From: Eledone cirrhosa
Lineage: Eukaryota
Assembly: GCA_964016885.1 (NCBI GenBank)
Contig: OZ024740.1
Location: forward strand, 8,246,001-8,310,000
DNA: 64,000 nt
Reading direction: 5' to 3'
This document shows, one piece after another, positions 24,514 to 38,000 of this stretch; position 1 is the first letter of the stretch, and each line of letters starts with the position of its first letter. The notes beneath the pieces were generated by a model. It had not been told where the DNA came from and did not search any database. It worked only from the letters and a program-made list of their open reading frames with translations. Position numbers and translations under genes: made by a program.

Positions 24514-27500
24514 TTAGTATGTTAGTTTCTATTGGTATGTTAGTTTCGATTGGTATATCACTTTCTATTGGTATGTCAGTTTCGATTGGTATGTCTGTTT
24601 CTATTGATATATCAGTTTCGATTGGTATATCAGTTTTGATTGGTATATCAGTTTCGATTGGTATGTCAGTTTCTATTGGTATATCAGTTTCTATTGGTAT
24701 GTCAGTTTTGATTGGTATATCAGTTTTGAATGGTATGTCAGTTTCAATTGGTATGTCAGTTTTGATTGGTATATCAGTTTTGAATGGTATGTCAGTTTCT
24801 ATTGGTATGTCAGTTTCAATTAATATATCAGTTTCTATTGGTATGTCAGTTTCAATTAGTATATCAGTTTCTATTGGTATATCAGTTTCTATTGGTATGT
24901 CAGTTTTGATTACTATATCAGTCTCGATTGATATATCAGTTTCGATTGGTATGTCAGTTTCTATTGGTATATCAGTTTCTATTGGTATGTCAGTTTTGAT
25001 TGGTATATCAGTTTCGATTGGTATGTCAGTTTCGATTGGTATGTCAGTTTCTATTGGTATATCAGTTTCGATTGATATATCAGTTTCGATTAGTATATCA
25101 GTTTCTACTGGTATGTCAGTTCCGATTAGTATATCAGTTTCTATTGGTATGTCAGTTTCAGTTGGTATGTAAGTTTCTATTGGTACATCCGTTTCGATGG
25201 GTATGTCAGTTTCAATTAGTATATTAGTTTCGATTGTTATGTCAATTTCAATTAGTATATCAGTTTCTATTGGTATATCAGTTTCGATTGGTATGTCAGT
25301 TTCGATTGGTATATCAGTTTCGACTGGTATGTCCGTTTCGATTAGTATGTCAGTTTCTATTGGTATGTTAGTTCCTATTGGTATATCAGTTTCGATTGGT
25401 ATATCAGTTTCGATTAGTATGTCAGTTTCTATTAGTATGTTAGTTTCGATTAGTATATCAGTTTCTATTAGTATGTCAGTTTCTATTGGTATATCAGTTT
25501 CTATTGGTATGTCAGTTTAGATTAGTATATCAGTTTCGATTGGTATATCAGTTCCGATTGGTATGTCAGTTTTGATCGGTATATCAGTTTCTATTGGTAT
25601 ATCAGTTTCGATTGGTATATCAGTTTCGATTGTTATATCAGTTTCGATTGGTATATCAGTTTCAACAGGTATGTCAGTTTCGATTAGTATATCAGTTTCT
25701 ATTGGTATGTTAGTTTCTATTGATATATCAGCTTCGATTGGTATATCAGTTTCTATTAGTATGTCAGTTTCGATTGGTATGTCAGTTTCTATTCATATAT
25801 CAGTTTCGATTGGTATATCAGTTTCGATTGGTATATCAGTTTTGATTAGTATGTCAGTTTCTATTGGTATATCAGTTTCTATTGGTATGTCAGTTTTGAT
25901 TGGTATGTCAGTTTCTATTGGTATGTCAGTTTCGATTGGTATGTCAGTTTCGATTGGTATGTCAGTTTCGATCGGTATATCAGTTTCTATTGGTATATCA
26001 GTTTCGATTGGTATATCAGTTTCGATTGTTATATCAGTTTCGATTGGTATATCAGTTTCAACAGGTATGTCAGTTTCGATTAGTATATCAGTTTCTATTG
26101 GTATGTTAGTTTCTATTGATATATCAGCTTCGATTGGTATATCAGTTTCTATTAGTATGTCAGTTTCGATTGGTATGTCAGTTTCTATTCATATATCAGT
26201 TTCGATTGGTATATCAGTTTCGATTGGTATATCAGTTTTGATTGGTATGTCAGTTTCTATTGGTATATCAGTTTCTATTGGTATGTCAGTTTTGATTGGT
26301 ATGTCAGTTTCGATTGGTATGTCAGTTTCGATTGGTATGTCAGTTTCGATTGGTATATCAGTTCCGATTGGTATGTCAGTTTCGATTGGTTTGTCAGTTT
26401 CGACTGGTATATCAGTTTCGATTGGTATGTCAGTTTCTATTGGTATGTTAGTTTCGATTAGTATATCACTTTCTATTGGTATGTCAGTTTCGATTGGTAT
26501 GTCTGTTTCTATTTATATATCAGTTTTGATTGGTATATCAGTTTTAATTGGTATATCAGTTTCGATTGGTATGTCAGTTTCTATTGGTATATAAGTTTCT
26601 ATTGGTATGTCAGTTTTGATTGGTATATCAGTTCCGATTGGTACCTCAATTTCGATAAGTATATTAGTTTCTATTGGTATGTCAGTTTCAATTAATATAT
26701 CAGTTTCTATTGGTATGTCAGTTTCAATTAGTATATCAGTTTCTATTGGTATGTCAGTTTCGATTGGTATGTTAGTCCTCGAATTGAATGTCAGTTTCCA
26801 TTGGTATATCAGTTTCTATTGGTATGTCAGTTTTGATTACTATATCAGTTTCGATTGGTATATCAGTTTCGATTGGTATGTCTGTTTCTATTGGTATATA
26901 AGTTTCTATTGGTATGTCAGTTTTGATTGGTATATAAGTTTCTATTGGTATGTCAGTTTCGATTGGTATGTCAGTTTCGATTGGTATGTCAGTTTCTATT
27001 GGTATATCAGTTTCGATTGATATATCAGTTTCGATTAGTATATCAGTTTCTACTGGTATGTCAGTTTCGATTAGTATATCAGTTTCGATTGGTATGTCTG
27101 TTTCTATTGATATATCAGTTTCTATTGGTATGTCAGTTTTGATTGGTATATCAGTTTCGATTGGTATGTCAGTTTCTATTGGTATATCAGTTTCTATTGG
27201 TATGTCAGTTTTGATTGGTATATCAGTTTTGAATGGTATGTCAGTTTCAATTGGTATGTCAGTTTTGATTGGTATATCAGTTTTGAATGGTATGTCAGTT
27301 TCTATTGGTATGTCAGTTTCAATTAATATATCAGTTTCTATTGGTATGTCAGTTTCAATTAGTATATCAGTTTCTATTGGTATATCAGTCTCTATTGGTA
27401 TGTCAGTTTTGATTGGTATATCAGTTTCGATTGGTATGTCAGTTTCGATTGGTATGTCAGTTTCTATTGGTATATCAGTTTCGATTGATATATCAGTTTC

Positions 27501-30500
27501 GATTAGTATATCAGTTTCTACTGGTATGTCAGTTCCGATTAGTATATCAGTTTCTATTGGTATGTCAGTTTCAGTTGGTATGTAAGTTTCGATTGGTACA
27601 TCCGTTTCGATGGGTATGTCAGTTTCAATTAGTATATTAGTTTCGATTGGTATGTCAATTTCAATTAGTATATCAGTTTCTATTGGTATATCAGTTTCGA
27701 TTGGTATGTCAGTTTCGATTGGTATATCAGTTTCGACTGGTATGTCCGTTTCGATTAGTATGTCAGTTTCAATTGGTATGTTAGTTCCTATTGGTATATC
27801 AGTTTCGATTGGTATATCAGTTTCGATTAGTATGTCAGTTTCTATTAGTATGTTAGTTTCGATTAGTATATCAGTTTCTATTCGTATGTCAGTTTCTATT
27901 GGTATATCAGTTTCTATTGGTATGTCAGTTTAGATTAGTATATCAGTTTCGATTGGTATATCAGTTCCGATTGGTATGTCAGTTTTGATTGGTATATCAG
28001 TTTCTATTGGTATATCAGTTTCGATTGGTATATCAGTTTCGATTGTTATATCAGTTTCGATTGGTATATCAGTTTCAACAGGTATGTCAGTTTCGATTAG
28101 TATATCAGTTTCTATTGGTATGTTAGTTTCTATTGATATATCAGTTTCGATTGGTATATCAGTTTCTATTAGTATGTCAGTTTCGATTGGTATGTCAGTT
28201 TCTATTCATATATCAGTTTCGATTGGTATATCAGTTTCGATTGGTATATCAGTTTTGATTGGTATGTCAGTTTCTATTGGTATATCAGTTTCTATTGGTA
28301 TGTCAGTTTTGATTGGTATATCAGTTTCGATTGGTATGTCAGTTTTGATTGGTATGTCAGTTTCGATTGGTATGTCAGTTTCGATTGGTTTGTCAGTTTC
28401 GACTGGTATATCAGTTTCGATTGGTATGTCAGTTTCGATTGGTATGTCAATTTCGATTGGTATATCACTTTCTATTGGTATGTCAGTTTCGATTCGTATG
28501 TCAGTTTCGATTGATATGTCAGTTTCGATTGGTTTGTCAGTTTCGACTGGTATATCAGTTTCGATTAGTATGTCAGTTTCTATTGGTATGTTAGTTTCGA
28601 TTGGTATATCACTTTCTATTGGTATGTCAGTTTCGATTGGTATGTCTGTTTCTATTGATATATCAGTTTCGATTGGTATATCAGTTTTGATTGGTATATC
28701 AGTTTCGATTGGTATGTCAGTTTCTATTGGTATATCAGTTTCTATTGGTATGTCAGTTTTGATTGGTATATCAGTTTTGAATGGTATGTCAGTTTCAATT
28801 GGTATGTCAGTTTTGATTGGTATATCAGTTTTGAATGGTATGTCAGTTTCTATTGGTATGTCAGTTTCAATTAATATATCAGTTTCTATTGGTATGTCAG
28901 TTTCAATTAGTATATCAGTTTCTATTGGTATATCAGTTTCTATTGGTATGTCAGTTTTGATTACTATATCAGTCTCGATTGATATATCAGTTTCGATTGG
29001 TATGTCAGTTTCTATAGGTATATCAGTTTCTATTGGTATGTCAGTTTTGATTGGTATATCAGTTTTGAATGGTATGTCAGTTTCAATTGGTATGTCAGTT
29101 TTGATTGGTATATCAGTTTTGAATGGTATGTCAGTTTCTATTGGTATGTCAGTTTCAATTAATATATCAGTTTCTATTGGTATGTCAGTTTCAATTAGTA
29201 TATCAGTTTCTATTGGTATATCAGTCTCTATTGGTATGTCAGTTTTGATTGGTATATCAGTTTCGATTGGTATGTCAGTTTCGATTGGTATGTCAGTTTC
29301 TATTGGTATATCAGTTTCGATTGATATATCAGTTTCGATTAGTATATCAGTTTCTACTGGTATGTCAGTTCCGATTAGTATATCAGTTTCTATTGGTATG
29401 TCAGTTTCAGTTGGTATGTAAGTTTCGATTGGTACATCCGTTTCGATGGGTATGTCAGTTTCAATTAGTATATTAGTTTCGATTGGTATGTCAATTTCAA
29501 TTAGTATATCAGTTTCTATTGGTATATCAGTTTCGATTGGTATGTCAGTTTCGATTGGTATATCAGTTTCGACTGGTATGTCCGTTTCGATTAGTATGTC
29601 AGTTTCAATTGGTATGTTAGTTCCTATTGGTATATCAGTTTCGATTGGTATATCAGTTTCGATTAGTATGTCAGTTTCTATTAGTATGTTAGTTTCGATT
29701 AGTATATCAGTTTCTATTCGTATGTCAGTTTCTATTGGTATATCAGTTTCTATTGGTATGTCAGTTTAGATTAGTATATCAGTTTCGATTGGTATATCAG
29801 TTCCGATTGGTATGTCAGTTTTGATTGGTATATCAGTTTCTATTGGTATATCAGTTTCGATTGGTATATCAGTTTCGATTGTTATATCAGTTTCGATTGG
29901 TATATCAGTTTCAACAGGTATGTCAGTTTCGATTAGTATATCAGTTTCTATTGGTATGTTAGTTTCTATTGATATATCAGTTTCGATTGGTATATCAGTT
30001 TCTATTAGTATGTCAGTTTCGATTGGTATGTCAGTTTCTATTCATATATCAGTTTCGATTGGTATATCAGTTTCGATTGGTATATCAGTTTTGATTGGTA
30101 TGTCAGTTTCTATTGGTATATCAGTTTCTATTGGTATGTCAGTTTTGATTGGTATATCAGTTTCGATTGGTATGTCAGTTTCGATTGGTATGTCAGTTTC
30201 GATTGGTATGTCAGTTTCGATTGGTTTGTCAGTTTCGACTGGTATATCAGTTTCGATTGGTATGTCAGTTTCGATTGGTATGTCAATTTCGATTGGTATA
30301 TCACTTTCTATTGGTATGTCAGTTTCGATTCGTATGTCAGTTTCGATTGATATGTCAGTTTCGATTGGTTTGTCAGTTTCGACTGGTATATCAGTTTCGA
30401 TTAGTATGTCAGTTTCTATTGGTATGTTAGTTTCGATTGGTATATCACTTTCTATTGGTATGTCAGTTTCGATTGGTATGTCTGTTTCTATTGATATATC

Positions 30501-31973
30501 AGTTTCGATTGGTATATCAGTTTTGATTGGTATATCAGTTTCGATTGGTATGTCAGTTTCTATTGGTATATCAGTTTCTATTGGTATGTCAGTTTTGATT
30601 GGTATATCAGTTTTGAATGGTATGTCAGTTTCAATTGGTATGTCAGTTTTGATTGGTATATCAGTTTTGAATGGTATGTCAGTTTCTATTGGTATGTCAG
30701 TTTCAATTAATATATCAGTTTCTATTGGTATGTCAGTTTCAATTAGTATATCAGTTTCTATTGGTATATCAGTTTCTATTGGTATGTCAGTTTTGATTAC
30801 TATATCAGTCTCGATTGATATATCAGTTTCGATTGGTATGTCAGTTTCTATAGGTATATCAGTTTCTATTGGTATGTCAGTTTTGATTGGTATATCAGTT
30901 TCGATTGGTATGTCAGTGTCGATTGGTATGTCAGTTTCTATTGGTATATCAGTTTCGATTGATATATCAGTTTCGATTAGTATATCAGTTTCTACTGGTA
31001 CGTCAGTTCCGATTAGTATATCAGTTTCTATTGGTATGTCAGTTTCAGTTGGTATGTAAGTTTCGATTGGTACATCCGTTTCGATGGGTATGTCAGTTTC
31101 AATTAGTATATTAGTTTCGATTGGTATGTCAATTTCAATTAGTATATCAGTTTCTATTGGTATATCAGTTTCGATTGGTATGTCAGTTTCGATTGGTATA
31201 TCAGTTTCGACTGGTATGTCCGTTTCGATTAGTATGTCAGTTTCAAATGGTATGTTAGTTCCTATTGGTATATCAGTTTCGATTGGTATATCAGTTTCGA
31301 TTAGTATGTCAGTTTCTATTAGTATGTTAGTTTCGATTAGTATATCAGTTTCTATTCGTATGTCAGTTTCTATTGGTATATCAGTTTCTATTGGTATGTC
31401 AGTTTAGACTAGTATATCAGTTTCGATTGGTATATCAGTTCCGATTGGTATGTCAGTTTTGATTGGTATATCAGTTTCTATTGGTATATCAGTTTCGATT
31501 GGTATATCAGTTTCGATTGTTATATCAGTTTCGATTGGTATATCAGTTTCAACACGTATGTCAGTTTCGATTAGTATATCAGTTTCTATTGGTATGTTAG
31601 TTTCTATTGATATATCAGCTTCGATTGGTATATCAGTTTCTATTAGTATGTCAGTTTCGATTGGTATGTCAGTTTCTATTCATATATCAGTTTCGATTGG
31701 TATATCTGTTTCGATTGGTATATCAGTTTTGATTGGTATGTCAGTTTCTATTGGTATATCAGTTTCTATTGGTATGTCAGTTTTGATTGGTATATCAGTT
31801 TCGATTGGTATGTCAGTTTCGATTGGTATGTCAGTTTCGATTGGTATATCAGTTCCGATTGGTATGTCAGTTTCGATTGGTTTGTCAGTTTCGACTGGTA
31901 TATCAGTTTCGATTGGTATGTCAGTTTCGATTGGTATGTCAATTTCGATTGGTATATCAGTTTCGATTAGTAT

Positions 31974-32970
31974 CATCATCATCATCATCACCGTTTTACG
32001 TCCGTTCTTCCACGCTAGCATGGGTTAGACGGGTTGTCCTGTTGTGGGCAGTGTCTGGTCGGCTGACCATGCCTTGCTCATACAGGAACTGATCTGGCTT
32101 GATTTCTACAGCTGGATGCCCTTCCTAACACCAACCTCATTTACAGTGAGTGCTGGGTGCTTTTTCGTGGCGCCTACACGTCCACTTTACAGTGTGGGCT
32201 GGGTGCTTTTTTGCCGTGACACCTCCACGACCACCTTGCGGTGGGGGGGGGGGGGCATATTGTTTATATGCTTCAGCATGTACCCATGGGAGGTCGGGTA
32301 CCCTGTATTACTGCGTGACGCCAGAAGTCACGGTCGTGTGTCATTGACTTTGAGAGGTGTAGTTGGGTAAGGTCGGCTTTTATCACCTCATCCCAAGTCA
32401 TCTTGGGTCTCCCCACTCCGCGGTTTCCATCAACTTCTAGTGCTCTGCACCTTTTTATGCAGCTGTCATCCTTCATACGCATCACATGTCCATACCAGCG
32501 TAACCGCCTCTCCTGCACGCAGCATTTGATTCCTCTTATGCTCAGTCTCTCTCTCAATTCATTTATGCTTTGTCGTTCACGTATATTACTGTTACACATC
32601 CATCGGAGCATGCAGGCTTCGTTTCTCTCTAATCTACGTAAGTCTTCCACCTTCAGCGCCCAGGTCTCACTACCATGCAACATCGCTGTTCGGATACACG
32701 CATCATACAGTCTGCCTTTCATTCTGAGGGAGAAGCCTTTTGCAGCTAGCAGTGGTAGTAGTTCCCTAAACTTCTTCCATCCCGTTCTTACCCTAGTTAT
32801 TGTACTTTCTGAGCACCCACCTCCGTTGCTAATTCGGTCACCTAGGTAGCAGAAGCTGACTACTGTTTCTACAGGGCCCTCCCAGAGATTGGTGGTACTT
32901 GTTTCCTGTGGCTGTTTGCTTGCTGTTTCAGCACAGCTGCTGCATGTGAATCCTACATTCTTAATTAAGC
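31974..32970 (-). mobile_element. Copy A5: duplicate of A4 made by segmental duplication, not by a new transposition
   Basis: Same truncation point, same TSD (TTAGTAT) and same private substitutions (GTGACACC, TGCACGCAG, GCTGACTAC). The only difference I could see is the poly-G (13 vs 19). Confidence 0.95.
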
Positions 32971-35049
32971 TTAGTATGTTAGTTTCTATTGGTATGTTAG
33001 TTTCGATTGGTATATCACTTTCTATTGGTATGTCAGTTTCGATTGGTATGTCTGTTTCTATTGATATATCAGTTTCGATTGGTATATCAGTTTTGATTGG
33101 TATATCAGTTTCGATTGGTATGTCAGTTTCTATTGGTATATCAGTTTCTATTGGTATGTCAGTTTTGATTGGTATATCAGTTTTGAATGGTATGTCAGTT
33201 TCAATTGGTATGTCAGTTTTGATTGGTATATCAGTTTTGAATGGTATGTCAGTTTCTATTGGTATGTCAGTTTCAATTAATATATCAGTTTCTATTGGTA
33301 TGTCAGTTTCAATTAGTATATCAGTTTCTATTGGTATATCAGTTTCTATTGGTATGTCAGTTTTGATTACTATATCAGTCTCGATTGATATATCAGTTTC
33401 GATTGGTATGTCAGTTTCTATTGGTATATCAGTTTCTATTGGTATGTCAGTTTTGATTGGTATATCAGTTTCGATTGGTATGTCAGTTTCGATTGGTATG
33501 TCAGTTTCTATTGGTATATCAGTTTCGATTGATATATCAGTTTCGATTAGTATATCAGTTTCTACTGGTATGTCAGTTCCGATTAGTATATCAGTTTCTA
33601 TTGGTATGTCAGTTTCAGTTGGTATGTAAGTTTCTATTGGTACATCCGTTTCGATGGGTATGTCAGTTTCAATTAGTATATTAGTTTCGATTGTTATGTC
33701 AATTTCAATTAGTATATCAGTTTCTATTGGTATATCAGTTTCGATTGGTATGTCAGTTTCGATTGGTATATCAGTTTCGACTGGTATGTCCGTTTCGATT
33801 AGTATGTCAGTTTCTATTGGTATGTTAGTTCCTATTGGTATATCAGTTTCGATTGGTATATCAGTTTCGATTAGTATGTCAGTTTCTATTAGTATGTTAG
33901 TTTCGATTAGTATATCAGTTTCTATTAGTATGTCAGTTTCTATTGGTATATCAGTTTCTATTGGTATGTCAGTTTAGATTAGTATATCAGTTTCGATTGG
34001 TATATCAGTTCCGATTGGTATGTCAGTTTTGATCGGTATATCAGTTTCTATTGGTATATCAGTTTCGATTGGTATATCAGTTTCGATTGTTATATCAGTT
34101 TCGATTGGTATATCAGTTTCAACAGGTATGTCAGTTTCGATTAGTATATCAGTTTCTATTGGTATGTTAGTTTCTATTGATATATCAGCTTCGATTGGTA
34201 TATCAGTTTCTATTAGTATGTCAGTTTCGATTGGTATGTCAGTTTCTATTCATATATCAGTTTCGATTGGTATATCAGTTTCGATTGGTATATCAGTTTT
34301 GATTGGTATGTCAGTTTCTATTGGTATATCAGTTTCTATTGGTATGTCAGTTTTGATTGGTATGTCAGTTTCTATTGGTATGTCAGTTTCGATTGGTATG
34401 TCAGTTTCGATTGGTATGTCAGTTTCGATCGGTATATCAGTTTCTATTGGTATATCAGTTTCGATTGGTATATCAGTTTCGATTGTTATATCAGTTTCGA
34501 TTGGTATATCAGTTTCAACAGGTATGTCAGTTTCGATTAGTATATCAGTTTCTATTGGTATGTTAGTTTCTATTGATATATCAGCTTCGATTGGTATATC
34601 AGTTTCTATTAGTATGTCAGTTTCGATTGGTATGTCAGTTTCTATTCATATATCAGTTTCGATTGGTATATCAGTTTCGATTGGTATATCAGTTTTGATT
34701 GGTATGTCAGTTTCTATTGGTATATCAGTTTCTATTGGTATGTCAGTTTTGATTGGTATGTCAGTTTCGATTGGTATGTCAGTTTCGATTGGTATGTCAG
34801 TTTCGATTGGTATATCAGTTCCGATTGGTATGTCAGTTTCGATTGGTTTGTCAGTTTCGACTGGTATATCAGTTTCGATTGGTATGTCAGTTTCTATTGG
34901 TATGTTAGTTTCGATTAGTATATCACTTTCTATTGGTATGTCAGTTTCGATTGGTATGTCTGTTTCTATTTATATATCAGTTTTGATTGGTATATCAGTT
35001 TTAATTGGTATATCAGTTTCGATTGGTATGTCAGTTTCTATTGGTATAT

Positions 35050-38000
35050 AAGTTTCTATTGGTATGTCAGTTTTGATTGGTATATCAGTTCCGATTGGTA
35101 CCTCAATTTCGATAAGTATATTAGTTTCTATTGGTATGTCAGTTTCAATTAATATATCAGTTTCTATTGGTATGTCAGTTTCAATTAGTATATCAGTTTC
35201 TATTGGTATGTCAGTTTCGATTGGTATGTTAGTCCTCGAATTGAATGTCAGTTTCCATTGGTATATCAGTTTCTATTGGTATGTCAGTTTTGATTACTAT
35301 ATCAGTTTCGATTGGTATATCAGTTTCGATTGGTATGTCTGTTTCTATTGGTATATAAGTTTCTATTGGTATGTCAGTTTTGATTGGTATATAAGTTTCT
35401 ATTGGTATGTCAGTTTCGATTGGTATGTCAGTTTCGATTGGTATGTCAGTTTCTATTGGTATATCAGTTTCGATTGATATATCAGTTTCGATTAGTATAT
35501 CAGTTTCTACTGGTATGTCAGTTTCGATTAGTATATCAGTTTCTATTGGTATGTCAGTTTCGATTGGTATATCAGTTTCGATTCGTATATCAGTTTCGAT
35601 TGCTATATCAGTTTCTATTGGTATGTCAGTTTCAATTGGTATGTAAGTTTCGATTGGTATATCTGTTTCGATGGGTATGTCAGTTTAAATTAGTATATTA
35701 GTTTCGATTGGTATGTCAATTTCAATTAGTATATCAGTTTCTATTGGTATATCAGTTTCGATTGGTATGTCAGTTTCGATTGGTATATCAGTTTCGATCG
35801 GTATATCAGTTTTGATTTGTATGTCAGTTTCTATTGGTATGTCAGTTTTGATTGGTATATCAGTTTCGATTGGTATGTCAGTTTCGATTGGTATGTCAGT
35901 TTCGATTTGTATGTCAGTTTCTATTGGTATATCAGTTTCGATTGATATATCAGTTTCGATTAGTATATCGGTTTCTACTGGTATGTCAGTTTCGACTAGT
36001 ATATCAGTTTCTATTGGTATGTCAGTTTTGATTGGTATATCAGTTTCGATTGGTATATCAGTTTCTATTGGTATGTCGGTTTCGATTGGTATGTCAGTTT
36101 CTATTGGTATATCAGTTTCGATGGATACATCAGTTTCGATTAGTATGTCAGTTTCTACTGGTATGTCAGTTTCGATTAGTATATCAGTTTCTATTGGTAT
36201 GTCAGTTTCGATTGGTATATCAGTTTCGATTGGTATGTCAGTTTCGATTAGTATATCAGTTTCTATTGGTATGTCAGTTTCGATTGGTATATCAGTTTCG
36301 ATTGGTATGTCAGTTTCGATTAGTATATCAGTTTCTATTGGTATGTCAGTTTCTATTGATATATCAGTTTCGATTGGTATGTCAGTTTCGATTGGTATGT
36401 CAATTTCGATTGATATATCAGTTTCGATTAGTATGTCAGTTTCTATTGGTATGTTAGTTTCGATTAGTATATAACTTTTTATTGGTATGTCAGTTTCGAT
36501 TGGTATGTCTGTTTCTATTGATATATCAGTTTCGATTGGTATATCAGTTTTGATTGGTATATCAGTTTCGATTGGTATGTCAGTTTCTATTTGTATATCA
36601 GTTTCGATTGGTATGTCAATTTCTATTGGTATATCAGTTTCTATTGGTATGTCAGGTTTGATTGGTATATCAGTTTCGATTATTATGTCAGTTTCGATTG
36701 GTATGTCAGTTTCGATTGGTATATCAGTTCCGATTGGTATGTTAGTTTTGATTGGTATATCAGTTTCTATTGGTGTATCAGTTTCGATTGGTATATCAGT
36801 TTCAATTGTTATATCAGTTTCGATTGGTATATCAGTTTCAATTGTTATATCAGTTTCGATTGGTATATCAGTTTCGACTGGTATGTCAGTTTCGATTAGT
36901 ATATCAGTTGCTATTGTTATGTTAGTTTCTATTGTTATATCAGTTTCGATTGGTATATCAGTTTCGATTAGTATGTCAGTTTCTATTAGTATGTTAGTTT
37001 TGATTAGTATATCAGTTTCTATTAGTATGTCAGTTTCGAATAGTATGTCAGTTTCTATTCATATATCAGTTTCGATTGGTATTTCAGTTTCTATTGGTAT
37101 GTCAGTTTTGATCGGTATATCAGTTTCTATTGGTATGTCAGTTTCAATTAATATATCAGTTTCTATTGGTATGTCAGTTTCAATTAGTATATCAGTTTCT
37201 ATTGGTATGTCAGTTTCGATTGGTATGTTAGTCCTCAAATTGAATGTCAGTTTCCTTTGGTATATCAGTTTCTATTGGTATGTCAGTTTTGATTAGTATA
37301 TCAGTTTCGATTGGTATATCAGTTTCGATTGGTATGTCAGTTTCTATTGGTATATCAGTTTCTATTGGTATGTCAGTTTTGATTGGTATATCAGTTTTGA
37401 TTGGTATGTCAGTTTCGATTGGTATGTCAGTTTCGATTGGTATATCAGTTTCGATTGATATATCGGTTTCGATTAGTATATCAGTTCCTATTGCTATATC
37501 AGTTTCTACTGGTATGTCAGTTTCGATTAGTATATCAGTTTCTATTGGTATGTCAGTTTCAATTAGTATATTAGTTTCGATTGGTATGACAATTTCAATT
37601 AGTATATCAGTTTCTATTGGTATATCAGTTTCGATTGGTATATCAGTTTCGATTGGTATATCAGTTTCGATTGGTATGTCAGTTTCGATTGGTACGTCAA
37701 TTTCGATTGGTATATCAGTTTCGATTAGTATGTCAGTTTCTATTGGTATGTTAGTTTCGATTAGTATATCACTTTCTATTGGTATGTCAGTTTCGATTGG
37801 TATGTCTGTTTCTATTGGTATATCAGTTTCTATTGGTATGTCAGTTTTGATTGGTATATCAGTTTTGAATGGTATGTCAGTTTCGATTGGTATGTCAGTT
37901 TCTATTGGTATATCAGTTTCTATTGGTATGTCAGTTTTGATTGGTATATCAGTTCCGATTGGTACCTCAATTTCGATAAGTATATTAGTTTCTATTGGTA

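Larger units (their letters stand above)
18617..35540. repeat. Tandem segmental duplication, two units of ~8.46 kb (junction ~27080), each carrying the inverted LINE copy
   Basis: Rare variants and ORF-track entries recur at +8463 (19147/27610, 23581/32044) and at +8457 after the poly-G difference (24432/32889, 26607/35064). Confidence 0.9.
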
